Notes: generated by a model from the letters alone, not told the origin. A DNA stretch of 53,342 bases from Candidatus Parcubacteria bacterium (GCA_039796775.1 JBDKJD010000005.1:1-53342), one strand, 5' to 3'. Shown: positions 25,404 through 36,369, counted from the stretch's first letter. Made by a program: numbers and translations.

Positions 25404-25739
25404 TTAATACAAATCAAAAAGTAAGCTGGGGTTACCGTACAAGATACGGTCGCCATTTTGGGAGGAGAGTGCATCTTTTGCCCATAGATGCAGGAGTGTT
25501 TCATTTTTCTTGTCACCACATATACGAAGCTCACACCCCCCCACGAGAATAACAAGTCGTCTGTCTTTTCTCTTGACGAGAATAGGCTCAGAGATTATCT
25601 TCATCAGGAAGCCTTTCACCTCTACACCTCCTCGTTTTGCAATTTTGAGAATGAGACCGTTTTTTCTCATGGATGCGGCGCTAAGCGCTTTGGCTAGAAG
25701 ATTGACGTTGAGTCGAAATGGTTTTTTTCTGGTTGCCAC
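25404..25739 (-). CDS. Hypothetical protein (GTG start)
   Basis: AGGAG lies 8 nt upstream of the GTG. The protein is 111 aa, basic at the N-terminus, with no motif. Confidence 0.45.
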   Translation of the reverse strand: MATRKKPFRLNVNLLAKALSAASMRKNGLILKIAKRGGVEVKGFLMKIISEPILVKRKDRRLVILVGGCELRICGDKKNETLLHLWAKDALSSQNGDRILYGNPSLLFDLY

Positions 25740-25913
25740 AATGTGTTCTCCTTGTTGAATGTACAGTTAATACGGTTAATTCCGTTAATATATTATACAA
25801 TATTTTTTAAGAAAGTAAATATTTATTTTAAACAATAAAAATAAATTCATACAGTGAAGGTAGTAAATAGTGTTATTGGCAAGTTACTGCTTAGATCTTT
25901 AAGAATAAATAAA

Positions 25914-25943
25914 AATCGAGCAACGCAATACGCGTGCTCGATT
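25914..25943 (-). terminator. Rho-independent terminator for CDS 25987..26361
   Basis: aatcgagcaacgc / gcgtgctcgatt forms a stem with one bulge. The T-run is on the minus strand. Confidence 0.65.
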
Positions 25944-25986
25944 GATGCTCATCACTTAATGAACAGAGGTTGTTGATTGAGTGTGA

Positions 25987-26361
25987 TTAGGTTGAGAGGG
26001 TGATTTTGTTACCAATAACCTTGACTTTCTGGGCTGCCAGGATAAAGGCGCCTTTTGAAGGCCACAGCTTCTCCTCTGTGAGCGAAGCAATCAAGTTCTC
26101 TGCCTGCCTGTCTTTTGCGATGAGCAGCCGATCACCAAACACCATTCGAACGTATAAGGCCTGCCTTGAAGGTCTTGAATTTTCTTTAATTTGAACAAAA
26201 TTAAGGGTTTTTGGACTGACTGTTATTTCTTGGGAACATGTTTTCGTGTTTCCAGTAGCTGTTGCGTTCATGTAATGTACGCTGCCAATTGTGATTGTGA
26301 TATCACCGGTGATTGCTTTGACTGCCTTTTTAATAGCAGTAGCCTGTTCTTGACATGTCAT
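25987..26361 (-). CDS. Hypothetical protein
   Basis: The start is taken at MTCQEQ, preceded by AAGAGG. The protein is 124 aa with no motif. Confidence 0.45.
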   Translation of the reverse strand: MTCQEQATAIKKAVKAITGDITITIGSVHYMNATATGNTKTCSQEITVSPKTLNFVQIKENSRPSRQALYVRMVFGDRLLIAKDRQAENLIASLTEEKLWPSKGAFILAAQKVKVIGNKITLST

Positions 26362-26543
26362 GTTTGCCTCTTGTGTGAAAAAGTACATTTATAACATTTT
26401 AGTAGTGTGCTACTTTAATGTTGCCTTGTTTCTGACTTTTGTTGTAACACTTTCGTCAGAATTACTATACTACATCCTATTTTTTTGTGTGTAAAGTATT
26501 TTTGTGTGTATACTTTAAAAGAGAATTAATAGTAACAATATCT

Positions 26544-27296
26544 ATGAAAACAGAAAATATAAAAATAATAGCAATAGGGTCATTTGCATTTATTCTTGGG
26601 ATGATCATGCTGGCATCCGGTGTTCGTGACATGGGGCAGAATAATGCGATCTCAGTAACAGGTACAGCAGAGAAAATGGTTACAAGCGATGCTGCTAAGT
26701 GGACACTCTCTATCACTCGTCAGGGAGACGCACAGGCTCTTCTCTTTGTCTCAAATAGTGTTAAGTCAGAAGGTCTTGCGACTGCGAGTTATTTGAAATC
26801 ACAAGGAATAGAGGATAAGGATATTACTGTGCAGCCAATAGTATCTAATGTTGTGTGCCAGTCACAACAACAAGTGATGTATGACGGCTTCGGCAAGCAA
26901 CAATGTTCAGGTTCTTTTAATTATAGTATTACTCAAACAATTATCGTTGAATCATCTGATGTTGAGCGTATCAAAAATCTTTCACTCAACGCGCAGTCAG
27001 AATTAGCCAAGAAAGGCATTGTGATTCAAACCGTTGCTGTTGATTATTTTTATAACAAATTATCTGAGCTTCGAGTTGAACTTCTCGAAGAAGCGTCAAA
27101 AAACGCCAAAGAACGAGCAGAAGCAATAGCTAAGTCCACAGGAGATAGAATTGGAGGAGTGCGTAATGCTTCACAAGGAGTATTCCAAGTTACACAAAGA
27201 AACAGTATTGACGTGAGTGATTATGGTTCCTATGATACTTCAACAATAGAGAAAAAGGTCACAGCAATAGTAAGAGCTTCATTTGAAGTGAAGTAA
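26544..27296 (+). CDS. SIMPL-domain (DUF541) envelope protein
   Basis: It has an N-terminal TM helix. GTAEKMVTSDAAKWTLSI, NAKERAEAIAKSTG and a C-terminal VTAIVRASFEV are typical of SIMPL proteins. Confidence 0.75.
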   Translation: MKTENIKIIAIGSFAFILGMIMLASGVRDMGQNNAISVTGTAEKMVTSDAAKWTLSITRQGDAQALLFVSNSVKSEGLATASYLKSQGIEDKDITVQPIVSNVVCQSQQQVMYDGFGKQQCSGSFNYSITQTIIVESSDVERIKNLSLNAQSELAKKGIVIQTVAVDYFYNKLSELRVELLEEASKNAKERAEAIAKSTGDRIGGVRNASQGVFQVTQRNSIDVSDYGSYDTSTIEKKVTAIVRASFEVK

Positions 27297-27316
27297 TACC
27301 CAATACTTAGTATTCG

Positions 27317-27359
27317 ATAACAAAATCCATCAAAGAAATTCTTTGATGGATTTTGTTAT
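27317..27359. terminator. Long perfect inverted repeat (21-nt arms) between convergent genes
   Basis: ataacaaaatccatcaaagaa a ttctttgatggattttgttat. Confidence 0.75.
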
Positions 27360-27382
27360 GATTAGGTCTGATATAGATAGAA

Positions 27383-28147
27383 TTACTTTTTAAGCGCTGA
27401 GAGGATCGCTGCCTCAATGTACGCATATTCTCTCGCTCCTTCGATTGCAGCAATCTGCTCATATCGGTCACCATTTCTTTTAAGAACAAAGGTAGCCGGG
27501 GTGCCGCTTACTCCAGCTTGTATACCATCTGCTATATATGCGTTCACAATATCGCTTGATGTTTGTTGTGAAAGACATGAAGCAAATGTAGTAGCGTTTG
27601 CTCCGACATCTTTTGCGAGAGCTTCTTTTGCCCCGTTTGGAAGTTTCATTGAATTATTATTTATTTTGTAACTAAATAATCTATCAATATATTCACGTCG
27701 CTTGGCTGCGCCTAGCTCTTGACCTATACATTCTATAGCTACTGCTTCACCGAAAGCATTCGGGTGAATACTTGTTAATGGGAAATGTCTATAATCAAAT
27801 GCTACTTTATCGCTATAATTGCGCTGTATCTCTGACATGGTTGGATATAGGCGCGCGCAGAAAGGGCACTCTGTGTCAGAGTATTCAACGACAAGTACGT
27901 CACTTTTGATATTACCAGTAGCGTAACTATTTTCTCCAAGAGACGATCCTAAGAAGTAAGTGGTGTCACTAGAACTTTTCCCTTCGATGATGATCGCATA
28001 GAGAATGTGAGACATTCCTAAAATTATAGCCGCGATAATAATAGCTATAGGAGTTGTGAGAAAAGGTTTATGCCTTTTGATAGAAAGTGTTTTAATATCT
28101 TCGCTTGTTTCTGGCTGTGTGTCAGCGGATTCTAAGTGTGTGTTCAT
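27383..28147 (-). CDS. DsbA-family thiol:disulfide oxidoreductase, membrane anchored
   Basis: A CPFC active site follows a TM helix. Confidence 0.8.
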   Translation of the reverse strand: MNTHLESADTQPETSEDIKTLSIKRHKPFLTTPIAIIIAAIILGMSHILYAIIIEGKSSSDTTYFLGSSLGENSYATGNIKSDVLVVEYSDTECPFCARLYPTMSEIQRNYSDKVAFDYRHFPLTSIHPNAFGEAVAIECIGQELGAAKRREYIDRLFSYKINNNSMKLPNGAKEALAKDVGANATTFASCLSQQTSSDIVNAYIADGIQAGVSGTPATFVLKRNGDRYEQIAAIEGAREYAYIEAAILSALKK

Positions 28148-28210
28148 AACTAAATGGTGGAGTAAATAGTGATAAGAGGTTTATACATGTAGTACACTAA
28201 GAAGCATATC

Positions 28211-28789
28211 ATGCTACAACCAAAACAACAGATGTTCTCTGCGCATATCATACGACATCTCATTTTTTCTGCTTTTCTTGAATTCGGTCCGGTATTGTTG
28301 TTTTTATCGACAACTCCTTATGTGAGCATTCATACGTCAACCGCATTACTTATGGTTGCGACCACTGTATCTACCTTTATTACTTTTCGTTTACAGAAAC
28401 GCATACCGTATCTTGCGCTTTATATCGCGCTCATCACCACATTCTTTGGATACCTCACTATTCATTTGAATGATGTTTCTTTTATTCAAATGAGAGATAC
28501 ATTATATGATATGACATGCGCTCTCACCTTAGTGATAGGGATGATATTTCAAAAACCATTTCTCAAGCATGCTTTTGATTCACTATTCCCGCTCACAAAT
28601 AGAGCATGGAATAGACTCACTCATTTATGGATTGGTTACTTTTTGATCACAGCTTGTGCTAATGAAATAGTTCGAACATTTTTTGATTTTTCGGAGTGGT
28701 TATTTTTTAAGGGTGTGATGATTGGTCTCACAAGTGTCTTTGGTTTATTCGCTCTTTATGTCAGTTTTGAATTGAAGGATGATCAATAA
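28211..28789 (+). CDS. YciB/IspZ-like inner-membrane (septation-associated) protein
   Basis: It has five hydrophobic helices and a family-like pattern (EFGPVLLF, FGYLT, WNRL..LW, ANEIV). Confidence 0.5.
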   Translation: MLQPKQQMFSAHIIRHLIFSAFLEFGPVLLFLSTTPYVSIHTSTALLMVATTVSTFITFRLQKRIPYLALYIALITTFFGYLTIHLNDVSFIQMRDTLYDMTCALTLVIGMIFQKPFLKHAFDSLFPLTNRAWNRLTHLWIGYFLITACANEIVRTFFDFSEWLFFKGVMIGLTSVFGLFALYVSFELKDDQ

Positions 28790-28897
28790 CAGGTGCCTAA
28801 AAAGGGATGCTCAGCATTATATTCTAAAAGTGTTAACTTCGTGTGATGAAGGTAGAAACATAATCAAATAAACAAAAAGCGCTAGTTTTTATTTTTG

Positions 28898-28906
28898 TGA
28901 TATAAT
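28898..28906 (+). promoter_or_regulatory. Extended -10 element TGATATAAT upstream of the atp operon
   Basis: It matches TGnTATAAT and lies 15 nt upstream of the atpB ATG. No clear -35 is present. Confidence 0.35.
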
Positions 28907-28920
28907 CGATTTGAATAATT

Positions 28921-29754
28921 ATGGCGATCAATAGTCAAGAACATGCAGGGAGTATTTTCCAAGTTGTAGAACCGCTCCCGACAATACAAGCACCTGTTTT
29001 GGGACAGGTTGGTCCATTTGCAATAGCGACATCAACAATGGCGACATTTTTTGTCATGGCGCTCATTGTTATTATGGTGATATATGCTTCTCGTTCAAAA
29101 CTTATTCCATCCAAAGTCCAGCATGTTTTTGAGATGATCTATGAGTCTCTCTCTTCGTTCTTTTCTTCTATATTAGGAAGTAGAGAAAAAGGCGAGAAGG
29201 TCACTCCTTTTGTTGGAGCGCTTTTTGTGTATCTTGTTATTGCTAATGTGCTCCCGATTTTACCAGGAGTATCTGGATTTTATGTTTATAATCAAGTGGG
29301 GGAGCATATAACACTGTTCCGTGGGGCGACAACTGATTTTAGTACTACCTTTGGGCTCGCTGTTGCAGTGATTGTGATGATGCAATATTTTGGAATGAAA
29401 GAGCAAGGAGTCTTCCCATATCTCTCTCATTTTATTCAGATTAAACAAGTGATCAAAGGATTCAAGAAGAGCTTAGGAGAGGGGATGGTCTCGATCGTTG
29501 GTTTCCTTGTTGGTATCATTGAGCTCATCTCTGAATTCGCTAAGATGTTGTCGCTGTCACTTCGATTATTTGGGAATATGTTCGCCCATGAAGTGCTTAT
29601 GATCATTCTGCTTGGTGCGTTCGCATTCGTTGTCCCTGCGTTATGGATGGGTATGGGTGTACTTGTATCAGTTGTGCAAGCTATAGTATTCGTATCTTTG
29701 GTTACTGTATATTATTCTCTTGTGCTTAAAAAAGAAGGTAAGGACGGACATTAA
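28921..29754 (+). CDS. atpB: F-type ATP synthase subunit a
   Basis: It is polytopic, with the LSLRLFGNMFAHE motif containing the essential Arg. Confidence 0.9.
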   Translation: MAINSQEHAGSIFQVVEPLPTIQAPVLGQVGPFAIATSTMATFFVMALIVIMVIYASRSKLIPSKVQHVFEMIYESLSSFFSSILGSREKGEKVTPFVGALFVYLVIANVLPILPGVSGFYVYNQVGEHITLFRGATTDFSTTFGLAVAVIVMMQYFGMKEQGVFPYLSHFIQIKQVIKGFKKSLGEGMVSIVGFLVGIIELISEFAKMLSLSLRLFGNMFAHEVLMIILLGAFAFVVPALWMGMGVLVSVVQAIVFVSLVTVYYSLVLKKEGKDGH

Positions 29755-29911
29755 AAGAGTATCTAGAATATTCGTTATTCTTCAAGTTTATAGAATCCCT
29801 TTTTTCCATATTTTAAGCTTTTCTGGTATACTCTTTTAGTAAGTCCTATCCGGGGCTCTATTTTATTGAAAACTTAAGTAAATAGATTGTATTTGAATTG
29901 TATATTTAATT

Positions 29912-29939
29912 ACAAACTATCAACCATTAACTAATAACT
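29912..29939 (+). repeat. Heptamer tract (acaaact atcaacc attaact aataact) in the atpE leader
   Basis: Direct reading. It ends 8 nt before the ATG at 29948. Confidence 0.6.
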
Positions 29940-29947
29940 GAATTTAT

Positions 29948-30166
29948 ATGACTCCAGAAGCTGCAATTTATATCGCAAAAGGAATGTGTATCTTAGCAAT
30001 GCTCGGTACCGCTATCGGTCAAGGGTATCTCGTAGGTAAGACTATGGAAGCGATTGGTCGCAACCCAGATATTGAAGGATCTATCTTCTCTAAGATGATT
30101 ATCGCAATCGCGATGACAGAAACTACAGCGATCTTCGCTCTCGTAGCATTTTTCCTCCTCAAGTAA
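29948..30166 (+). CDS. atpE: F-type ATP synthase subunit c
   Basis: A 72-aa hairpin with GRNPD in the loop and a conserved Glu (MTETTAIF). Confidence 0.9.
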   Translation: MTPEAAIYIAKGMCILAMLGTAIGQGYLVGKTMEAIGRNPDIEGSIFSKMIIAIAMTETTAIFALVAFFLLK

Positions 30167-30169
30167 CAG

Positions 30170-30228
30170 CCGTTAGCCTTTGGCTTTTAGTGTTTAGCTA
30201 ATAGTCAAATGCTAAAAGCTAAATGCTT
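30170..30228. repeat. Degenerate GCTAAAA-family heptamer tract containing both orientations
   Basis: The tract reads gttagcc tttggcttttag tgtttagctaatag ... gctaaaagctaaatgc. TAG or TAA spacing is 7 nt within the runs. Confidence 0.55.
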
Positions 30229-30236
30229 TTATCGTT

Positions 30237-30731
30237 ATGTCTGAACTCTTAAATATTCTTTCTTCAGTTGGATTCAATTGGCATGTTGCACTTGCTAACT
30301 TTTTCAACTTTCTCATTATTTTGTTCCTTCTTCATACTTTTTTCTTTAAGAAATTAGGTAAGACAATAAAGGAAAGAGGTGAGATTATTGAACGTGGCTT
30401 AAACCAGGCGAGCGAAGGGGAGAAGATACTACTCTCCGCTTCCGAAGAAAAGAAATCAATTATAGCTGAAGCCAAAAAAGAAAGTCATGCAATCTTGGAA
30501 CGCGCTAAGTCAGATGGAGAAACTATCGTCGCTTCTATGAAAGCAGATGCTGATAAAGAAATAGGAAAGGCAAAAGAAGCACTTCTTAAAAAAGAACAAG
30601 ATCTAACAACTTCGGTTGAGAAGGAGTTCCTATCTCGCGCCCCTAGTCTCGTCGCTTCTCTTTATAAAACGACACTACAAAAAGAAATGAATCAAGCTGA
30701 AAACGATGCTTTTATAGCTCGTGTTAAATAA
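30237..30731 (+). CDS. atpF: F-type ATP synthase subunit b
   Basis: An N-terminal TM helix is followed by a long charged helix. Operon position fits. Confidence 0.8.
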   Translation: MSELLNILSSVGFNWHVALANFFNFLIILFLLHTFFFKKLGKTIKERGEIIERGLNQASEGEKILLSASEEKKSIIAEAKKESHAILERAKSDGETIVASMKADADKEIGKAKEALLKKEQDLTTSVEKEFLSRAPSLVASLYKTTLQKEMNQAENDAFIARVK

Positions 30732-30737
30732 TTCATC

Positions 30738-31085
30738 ATGTCCTTATCTCTCCTTATTGCTAAGACGTTATACAAGAATGCTATCCCTGTAGCTCAAGCT
30801 ACAACAATTCTCGCTAAGTATAATCTCCAAGCTCTGCTCCCGTCTGTAGCTAAGCATCTTTTGAGATTACACAATAATGAAAAGTCACAATCAACTGTTC
30901 GTATAGAATCCCCATTCCCTGTTAGTGAAGCATCTGTTTCTACTATCAAGAAAATGGTAGGAGGAGAGAAAGAAGATCATACAATTATTATCACCCCGGA
31001 ACTTTTAGCTGGATTTCGTGCTGTGTACAAAAACACTATGCATGACGCTAGCGCAAAGAGAATAGTCGATGCTTTTACCAAATAA
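30738..31085 (+). CDS. atpH: F-type ATP synthase subunit delta (short, C-terminal half only)
   Basis: It sits between b and alpha. The C-terminal pattern ...ITPELLAGFRAVYKNTMHDASAKRIV matches the end of OSCP/delta. It is 115 aa, against a usual ~180. Confidence 0.7.
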   Translation: MSLSLLIAKTLYKNAIPVAQATTILAKYNLQALLPSVAKHLLRLHNNEKSQSTVRIESPFPVSEASVSTIKKMVGGEKEDHTIIITPELLAGFRAVYKNTMHDASAKRIVDAFTK

Positions 31086-31109
31086 ATAAGTAGTAATAAC
31101 AAACACACC

Positions 31110-32603
31110 ATGTCAGTAGATAGAATTATAAAAGAATTAGAAGGAACAATTAAAGATCTAGAAAAGGGTATTGAAGTATCTGATATAGGTACTGTCGTTT
31201 CTGTAGGAGACGGTATCGCGCGAGTTGTTGGGCTACGCGAAGTTGCGAGTATGGAAGAAGTTGTTTTCTCTTCTGGCGCGAGAGGGCTTGCTCTTAACTT
31301 AGAGAGTGACATGGTTGGTGTGGTGATCATCTCTGGATCAGAAAAAGTAAAAGAAGGGGAAGAGGTTAAGCGAACAAAGAAAGTTCTCTCTATTCCAGTA
31401 GGGGATGAACTCTTAGGGAGAGTCGTTGATCCGCTTGTGAATGCTCTTGATGGTGAGAAGCTTACAGGGTTACAGTCTATGGAATTGGTAGAGAAGATTG
31501 CGCCAGGCGTGATGTCTCGAGAGCCAGTGAACGTCCCTCTTCAGACAGGAGTGAAAGCAATCGATGCAATGATTCCAGTTGGTCGTGGACAACGTGAGCT
31601 CATCATTGGTGACCGTCAAACAGGCAAGACTACGATTGCGATAGATACTATTATCAATCAAAAAGGGAGAGACGTTATTTGTGTATATGTCGCTGTTGGT
31701 CAAAAAGAGTCCAAAGTTGCTCAAATCGTAGAGAAGCTACGAGAAGCTGACGCACTCGCATACACCGTTATCGTATTGGCCGGAGCGTCACACTCGTCTG
31801 CTCTCTCATTCCTTGCTCCGTATTCAGGGACAGCTATCGCAGAATATTTTATGAATAAGAAAAAAGATGTACTCGTTGTGTATGATGATCTTTCTAAGCA
31901 TGCGGTAGCATATCGTGAGATGTCACTCCTTCTTCGTAGACCGCCAGGTCGCGAAGCGTATCCGGGGGACGTATTCTATCTCCACTCACGTTTACTCGAA
32001 CGAGCGTGTCGCAGAAATGAAGCTTCAGGTGGAGGGTCAATCACAGCGCTCCCAATTATCGAGACACAAGCAGGGGATGTGTCAGCGTATATTCCAACTA
32101 ACGTTATCTCAATCACTGACGGGCAGATATTCCTTGATTCTAACTTGTTCTATAAAGGCATGAGACCGGCTATTGATGTTGGACTTTCTGTATCTCGTGT
32201 AGGAGGATCAGCTCAGACTAAAGCGATGAAGAAAAACGCGGGTAAGATGAAGCTTGCAATGGCACAATTCCGTGAACTCGAATCATTCGCACAATTCGAT
32301 GGTGATCTCGATCACGAAACCAAGAAAACAATTGAACGAGGTCGTAGAACAGCCGAAATTCTAAAACAAGTCAACGGTCATCCTGTAGGGACAGCATTAC
32401 AAATTGCATCGGTATATGCGGTTAACAATGGATATCTTGACCATGTGTCTGTAGAAGATATTGCTCGTTGGGAGAAAGAGATGCATGAATACATTTCTCT
32501 TTCACACAAGGATGTGCTCTCTATGATAGACAAAGGTTGGGATGATGAAGTAGAAGGCGCACTCAAAAAAGCTTTAACTGACTACTCTAGTACTCGTGGA
32601 TAA
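31110..32603 (+). CDS. atpA: F-type ATP synthase subunit alpha
   Basis: The P-loop is GDRQTGKT, with typical alpha motifs. Confidence 0.95.
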   Translation: MSVDRIIKELEGTIKDLEKGIEVSDIGTVVSVGDGIARVVGLREVASMEEVVFSSGARGLALNLESDMVGVVIISGSEKVKEGEEVKRTKKVLSIPVGDELLGRVVDPLVNALDGEKLTGLQSMELVEKIAPGVMSREPVNVPLQTGVKAIDAMIPVGRGQRELIIGDRQTGKTTIAIDTIINQKGRDVICVYVAVGQKESKVAQIVEKLREADALAYTVIVLAGASHSSALSFLAPYSGTAIAEYFMNKKKDVLVVYDDLSKHAVAYREMSLLLRRPPGREAYPGDVFYLHSRLLERACRRNEASGGGSITALPIIETQAGDVSAYIPTNVISITDGQIFLDSNLFYKGMRPAIDVGLSVSRVGGSAQTKAMKKNAGKMKLAMAQFRELESFAQFDGDLDHETKKTIERGRRTAEILKQVNGHPVGTALQIASVYAVNNGYLDHVSVEDIARWEKEMHEYISLSHKDVLSMIDKGWDDEVEGALKKALTDYSSTRG

Positions 32604-32633
32604 TATTCACATTTAAGTCCTGTATTTATCACA

Positions 32634-33485
32634 ATGCAAACAAAAGCAATTCGCCAAAAAATAAAAAGTGTCGGCAGTATCAAAAAAATCACCAAGACAA
32701 TGGAGATGATTTCTGCTGCTAAGATGAAGAAGGCAATTTCTTCTGCTTTGACACTTAGACCTTTTCACGAAGAAGCAAAGCATATTCTAGAAGATCTCTC
32801 TCTTGATTCTTTTGTTAAGCATGAATTGCTTAATCATAATGGAGTAGATACGGAGCTTGTGATTATGATAGCTTCTAACAAAGGTCTTTGTGGAGGATTC
32901 AATGTGAATGTGTATAAGAAGCTCCTCGAAAGTTATTCAAAAGAAGAACAAAAGAAGTTGAAGCTTATTTGTTTTGGCAAATTTGCTGAGAAGGTTGCTA
33001 AGAAGTTACATGTTCCTGTTGTGGCATCATTTAACCATGCTGTACTCACTGGAGATCATGCTCGAGCTGTTGCTAATCTTGTTGTTAAAATGTATCAACA
33101 AAAAGAAATAGGGACAGTGAGAGTTCTCTATACTGATTATGTTAATGCGTCATCATTTGAACCAACACTAGTTCAACTGCTTCCTTTTAGTGAGGACGGA
33201 GAACCTAACGCTACAGGCGAGCCGCGATATTCTTATGAACCAGATCAAGATACTGTACTCTCAACAGTGATTCCTATGATGCTCCACAACATTGTGTATG
33301 GAGCGATTCTTGAGAGTTATGCGTCTGAGCATTCAGCGAGAATGTTCGCTATGAAGTCAGCAACAGATAATGCGAATGAGCTTCAAAAAGATTTGAAGTT
33401 GTATTATAACCGCGCACGTCAAAGTGCGGTGACGCAAGAAATATCAGAAATCGTAGGAGGGGCTGCAGCACTTGCTAATAACTAA
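32634..33485 (+). CDS. atpG: F-type ATP synthase subunit gamma
   Basis: N-terminal IKKITKTMEMISAAKM and C-terminal ITQEISEIVGGA. Confidence 0.9.
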   Translation: MQTKAIRQKIKSVGSIKKITKTMEMISAAKMKKAISSALTLRPFHEEAKHILEDLSLDSFVKHELLNHNGVDTELVIMIASNKGLCGGFNVNVYKKLLESYSKEEQKKLKLICFGKFAEKVAKKLHVPVVASFNHAVLTGDHARAVANLVVKMYQQKEIGTVRVLYTDYVNASSFEPTLVQLLPFSEDGEPNATGEPRYSYEPDQDTVLSTVIPMMLHNIVYGAILESYASEHSARMFAMKSATDNANELQKDLKLYYNRARQSAVTQEISEIVGGAAALANN

Positions 33486-33546
33486 TATGAAAGTCTTTTT
33501 TATAAACAGTCTCGGAATAACAACCTGAATCACCGAGCAAAACCAA

Positions 33547-34968
<1,422 letters not shown>

Positions 34969-34971
<3 letters not shown>

Positions 34972-35035
34972 TTACTAATCGCTAGTTTGTAGTCTTACAC
35001 TCTAGTAACCAGTAACTCGTAATCAATAACTAGTC
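34969..35035 (+). repeat. Stop-rich heptamer tract filling the whole atpD-atpC spacer
   Basis: The tract reads tagttactaatcgctagtttgtagtc...tctagtaaccagtaactcgtaatcaataactagtc, followed directly by ATG. TAA recurs every 7 nt from 35006 to 35027. Confidence 0.7.
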
Positions 35036-35452
35036 ATGTTAAAACTAAAAGTCGTAACACCAGATAGTGTTCTTGTGGATGAAGTTGTATCAAGCGTCAC
35101 TCTCCCAACTACGAGCGGTATGATTACTGTGCTCACAAAGCACGTACCTATTGTTTCAACAATCAAAGCAGGGGAAATGATTATTAAAAAAGGTGAGACA
35201 GGGATAGGATTCGCTGTATACAAAGGTCTTGTGAATGTTCGCCCACACAGAAAAGGTATAACAGAAGTGGTGGTGATGCTCGAGAGCGCAGATAAGATAG
35301 AGGGGTTAGACATGGTTAAGATAGAAGAAGCTCTTAAACGTGCCGAAGAAATGAAAGAAGAGAAAGAAGAAGATTTAGATTTTGGAAGAATTGAAAGCAC
35401 AATTGAACGAGAGCTTAATCGTTTCAAGATAGCGAGAAAGTACAGGAGATAG
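35036..35452 (+). CDS. atpC: F-type ATP synthase subunit epsilon
   Basis: N-terminal LKVVTPD...V.LPT.SG.I.VL..H.P pattern, at the last position in the operon. Confidence 0.85.
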   Translation: MLKLKVVTPDSVLVDEVVSSVTLPTTSGMITVLTKHVPIVSTIKAGEMIIKKGETGIGFAVYKGLVNVRPHRKGITEVVVMLESADKIEGLDMVKIEEALKRAEEMKEEKEEDLDFGRIESTIERELNRFKIARKYRR

Positions 35453-35497
35453 AGATAGAATACAGAGCGTAGAACATAGAACGTAGAGTATAGTAAT
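35450..35497 (+). repeat. TAGARNN heptamer tract beginning at the atpC stop
   Basis: It reads tagaga tagaatacagagcg, then tagaaca tagaacg tagagta tagtaat. TAG occurs at 35470, 35477, 35484 and 35491. Confidence 0.75.
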
Positions 35498-35522
35498 GTA
35501 AACGCAGAAAACAAAAAGGAGA

Positions 35523-35577
35523 CAACATAAAAATACAAGAGCGAAGGCGTAGCCTTCGCTCTTGTATTTTTATGTTG
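35523..35577. terminator. Long hairpin (26 bp) between atpC (+) and uppP (-)
   Basis: caacataaaaatacaagagcgaaggc gta gccttcgctcttgtatttttatgttg. Confidence 0.8.
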
Positions 35578-35592
35578 CAATTTTTGTACCAA

Positions 35593-36369
35593 TTACAAGA
35601 ACATCACAATCACAATAACACCAAGAATAATTCTATAGAATCCAAAAATAGTAAATGAATGTCGCTTAATATAATCGAGGAAGAACTTTATGACAAAAGA
35701 AGCAACAATAAATGATACCAAGAATCCAAGAACAAAAGGTCCCCATTCATGACTTACGTCGAGCAATAAGTCTCTTTTTTTGAATAAAGAATATGCTGTT
35801 GCTGCGAGCATTGTAGGGACAGCTAATAAGAATGTGAATTCAGTGAGTATCGAACGCTCTATTTTGTGAAAAAGCCCCCCAACAATAATCGCGCCAGATC
35901 TTGATACTCCTGGTATGATGGCGATAGACTGGTATACACCAAGCAAAAACGCTTCTTTAAACGTGATATCATGTCTGGCGTGCACTTCACCATCGTTTTC
36001 ACTTCTTGTGTATCTATTTTCGGCAAAGAGTATGATGATTCCACCGATTAAAAGCGTGAAGCCGATGATGATAGGAGTATTAAAAAGTATTTTTATAAAA
36101 GGATAGAGAAAATATCCAGCGATTCCTGTTGGTATAAAAGCAATAGCTAATTTTTGGAGTCTGGCTATAGAGAGAAATTTCTTCCAGAATAATAATATCA
36201 CCGCACATATTGCTCCTAATTGTACAGCTATTTCAAACATAATATGAGCTTCTGTTTGAGGGAGAGATAGAAGATGAGAAGTGAGGATCAAGTGCGCAGT
36301 AGAGGAAATAGGCAAGAATTCTGTTACTCCTTCAACTGCGCCTAGAATAATTGCTTGAATTGATGTCAT
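35593..36369 (-). CDS. uppP: Undecaprenyl-diphosphate phosphatase (BacA/UppP)
   Basis: Motifs GVTEFLPISSTAH and PGVSRSG. Confidence 0.9.
   Translation of the reverse strand: MTSIQAIILGAVEGVTEFLPISSTAHLILTSHLLSLPQTEAHIMFEIAVQLGAICAVILLFWKKFLSIARLQKLAIAFIPTGIAGYFLYPFIKILFNTPIIIGFTLLIGGIIILFAENRYTRSENDGEVHARHDITFKEAFLLGVYQSIAIIPGVSRSGAIIVGGLFHKIERSILTEFTFLLAVPTMLAATAYSLFKKRDLLLDVSHEWGPFVLGFLVSFIVASFVIKFFLDYIKRHSFTIFGFYRIILGVIVIVMFL

Noticed and set aside
25740-25986. The AT-rich 247-nt spacer as a replication origin
   Set aside because: No clustered DnaA-box-like 9-mers (TTATCCACA or its complement) are present, and neither dnaA nor dnaN is nearby. The only near match (CGTGGATAA at ~43003) lies inside a terminator hairpin elsewhere.
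35023-35592. The 189-aa minus-strand ORF antisense to atpC
   Set aside because: Its translation is low-complexity Ser/Leu-rich sequence. It runs through the atpC gene, the heptamer tract and the terminator hairpin. The heptamer tracts lack stops on their antisense strand, which inflates such ORFs.
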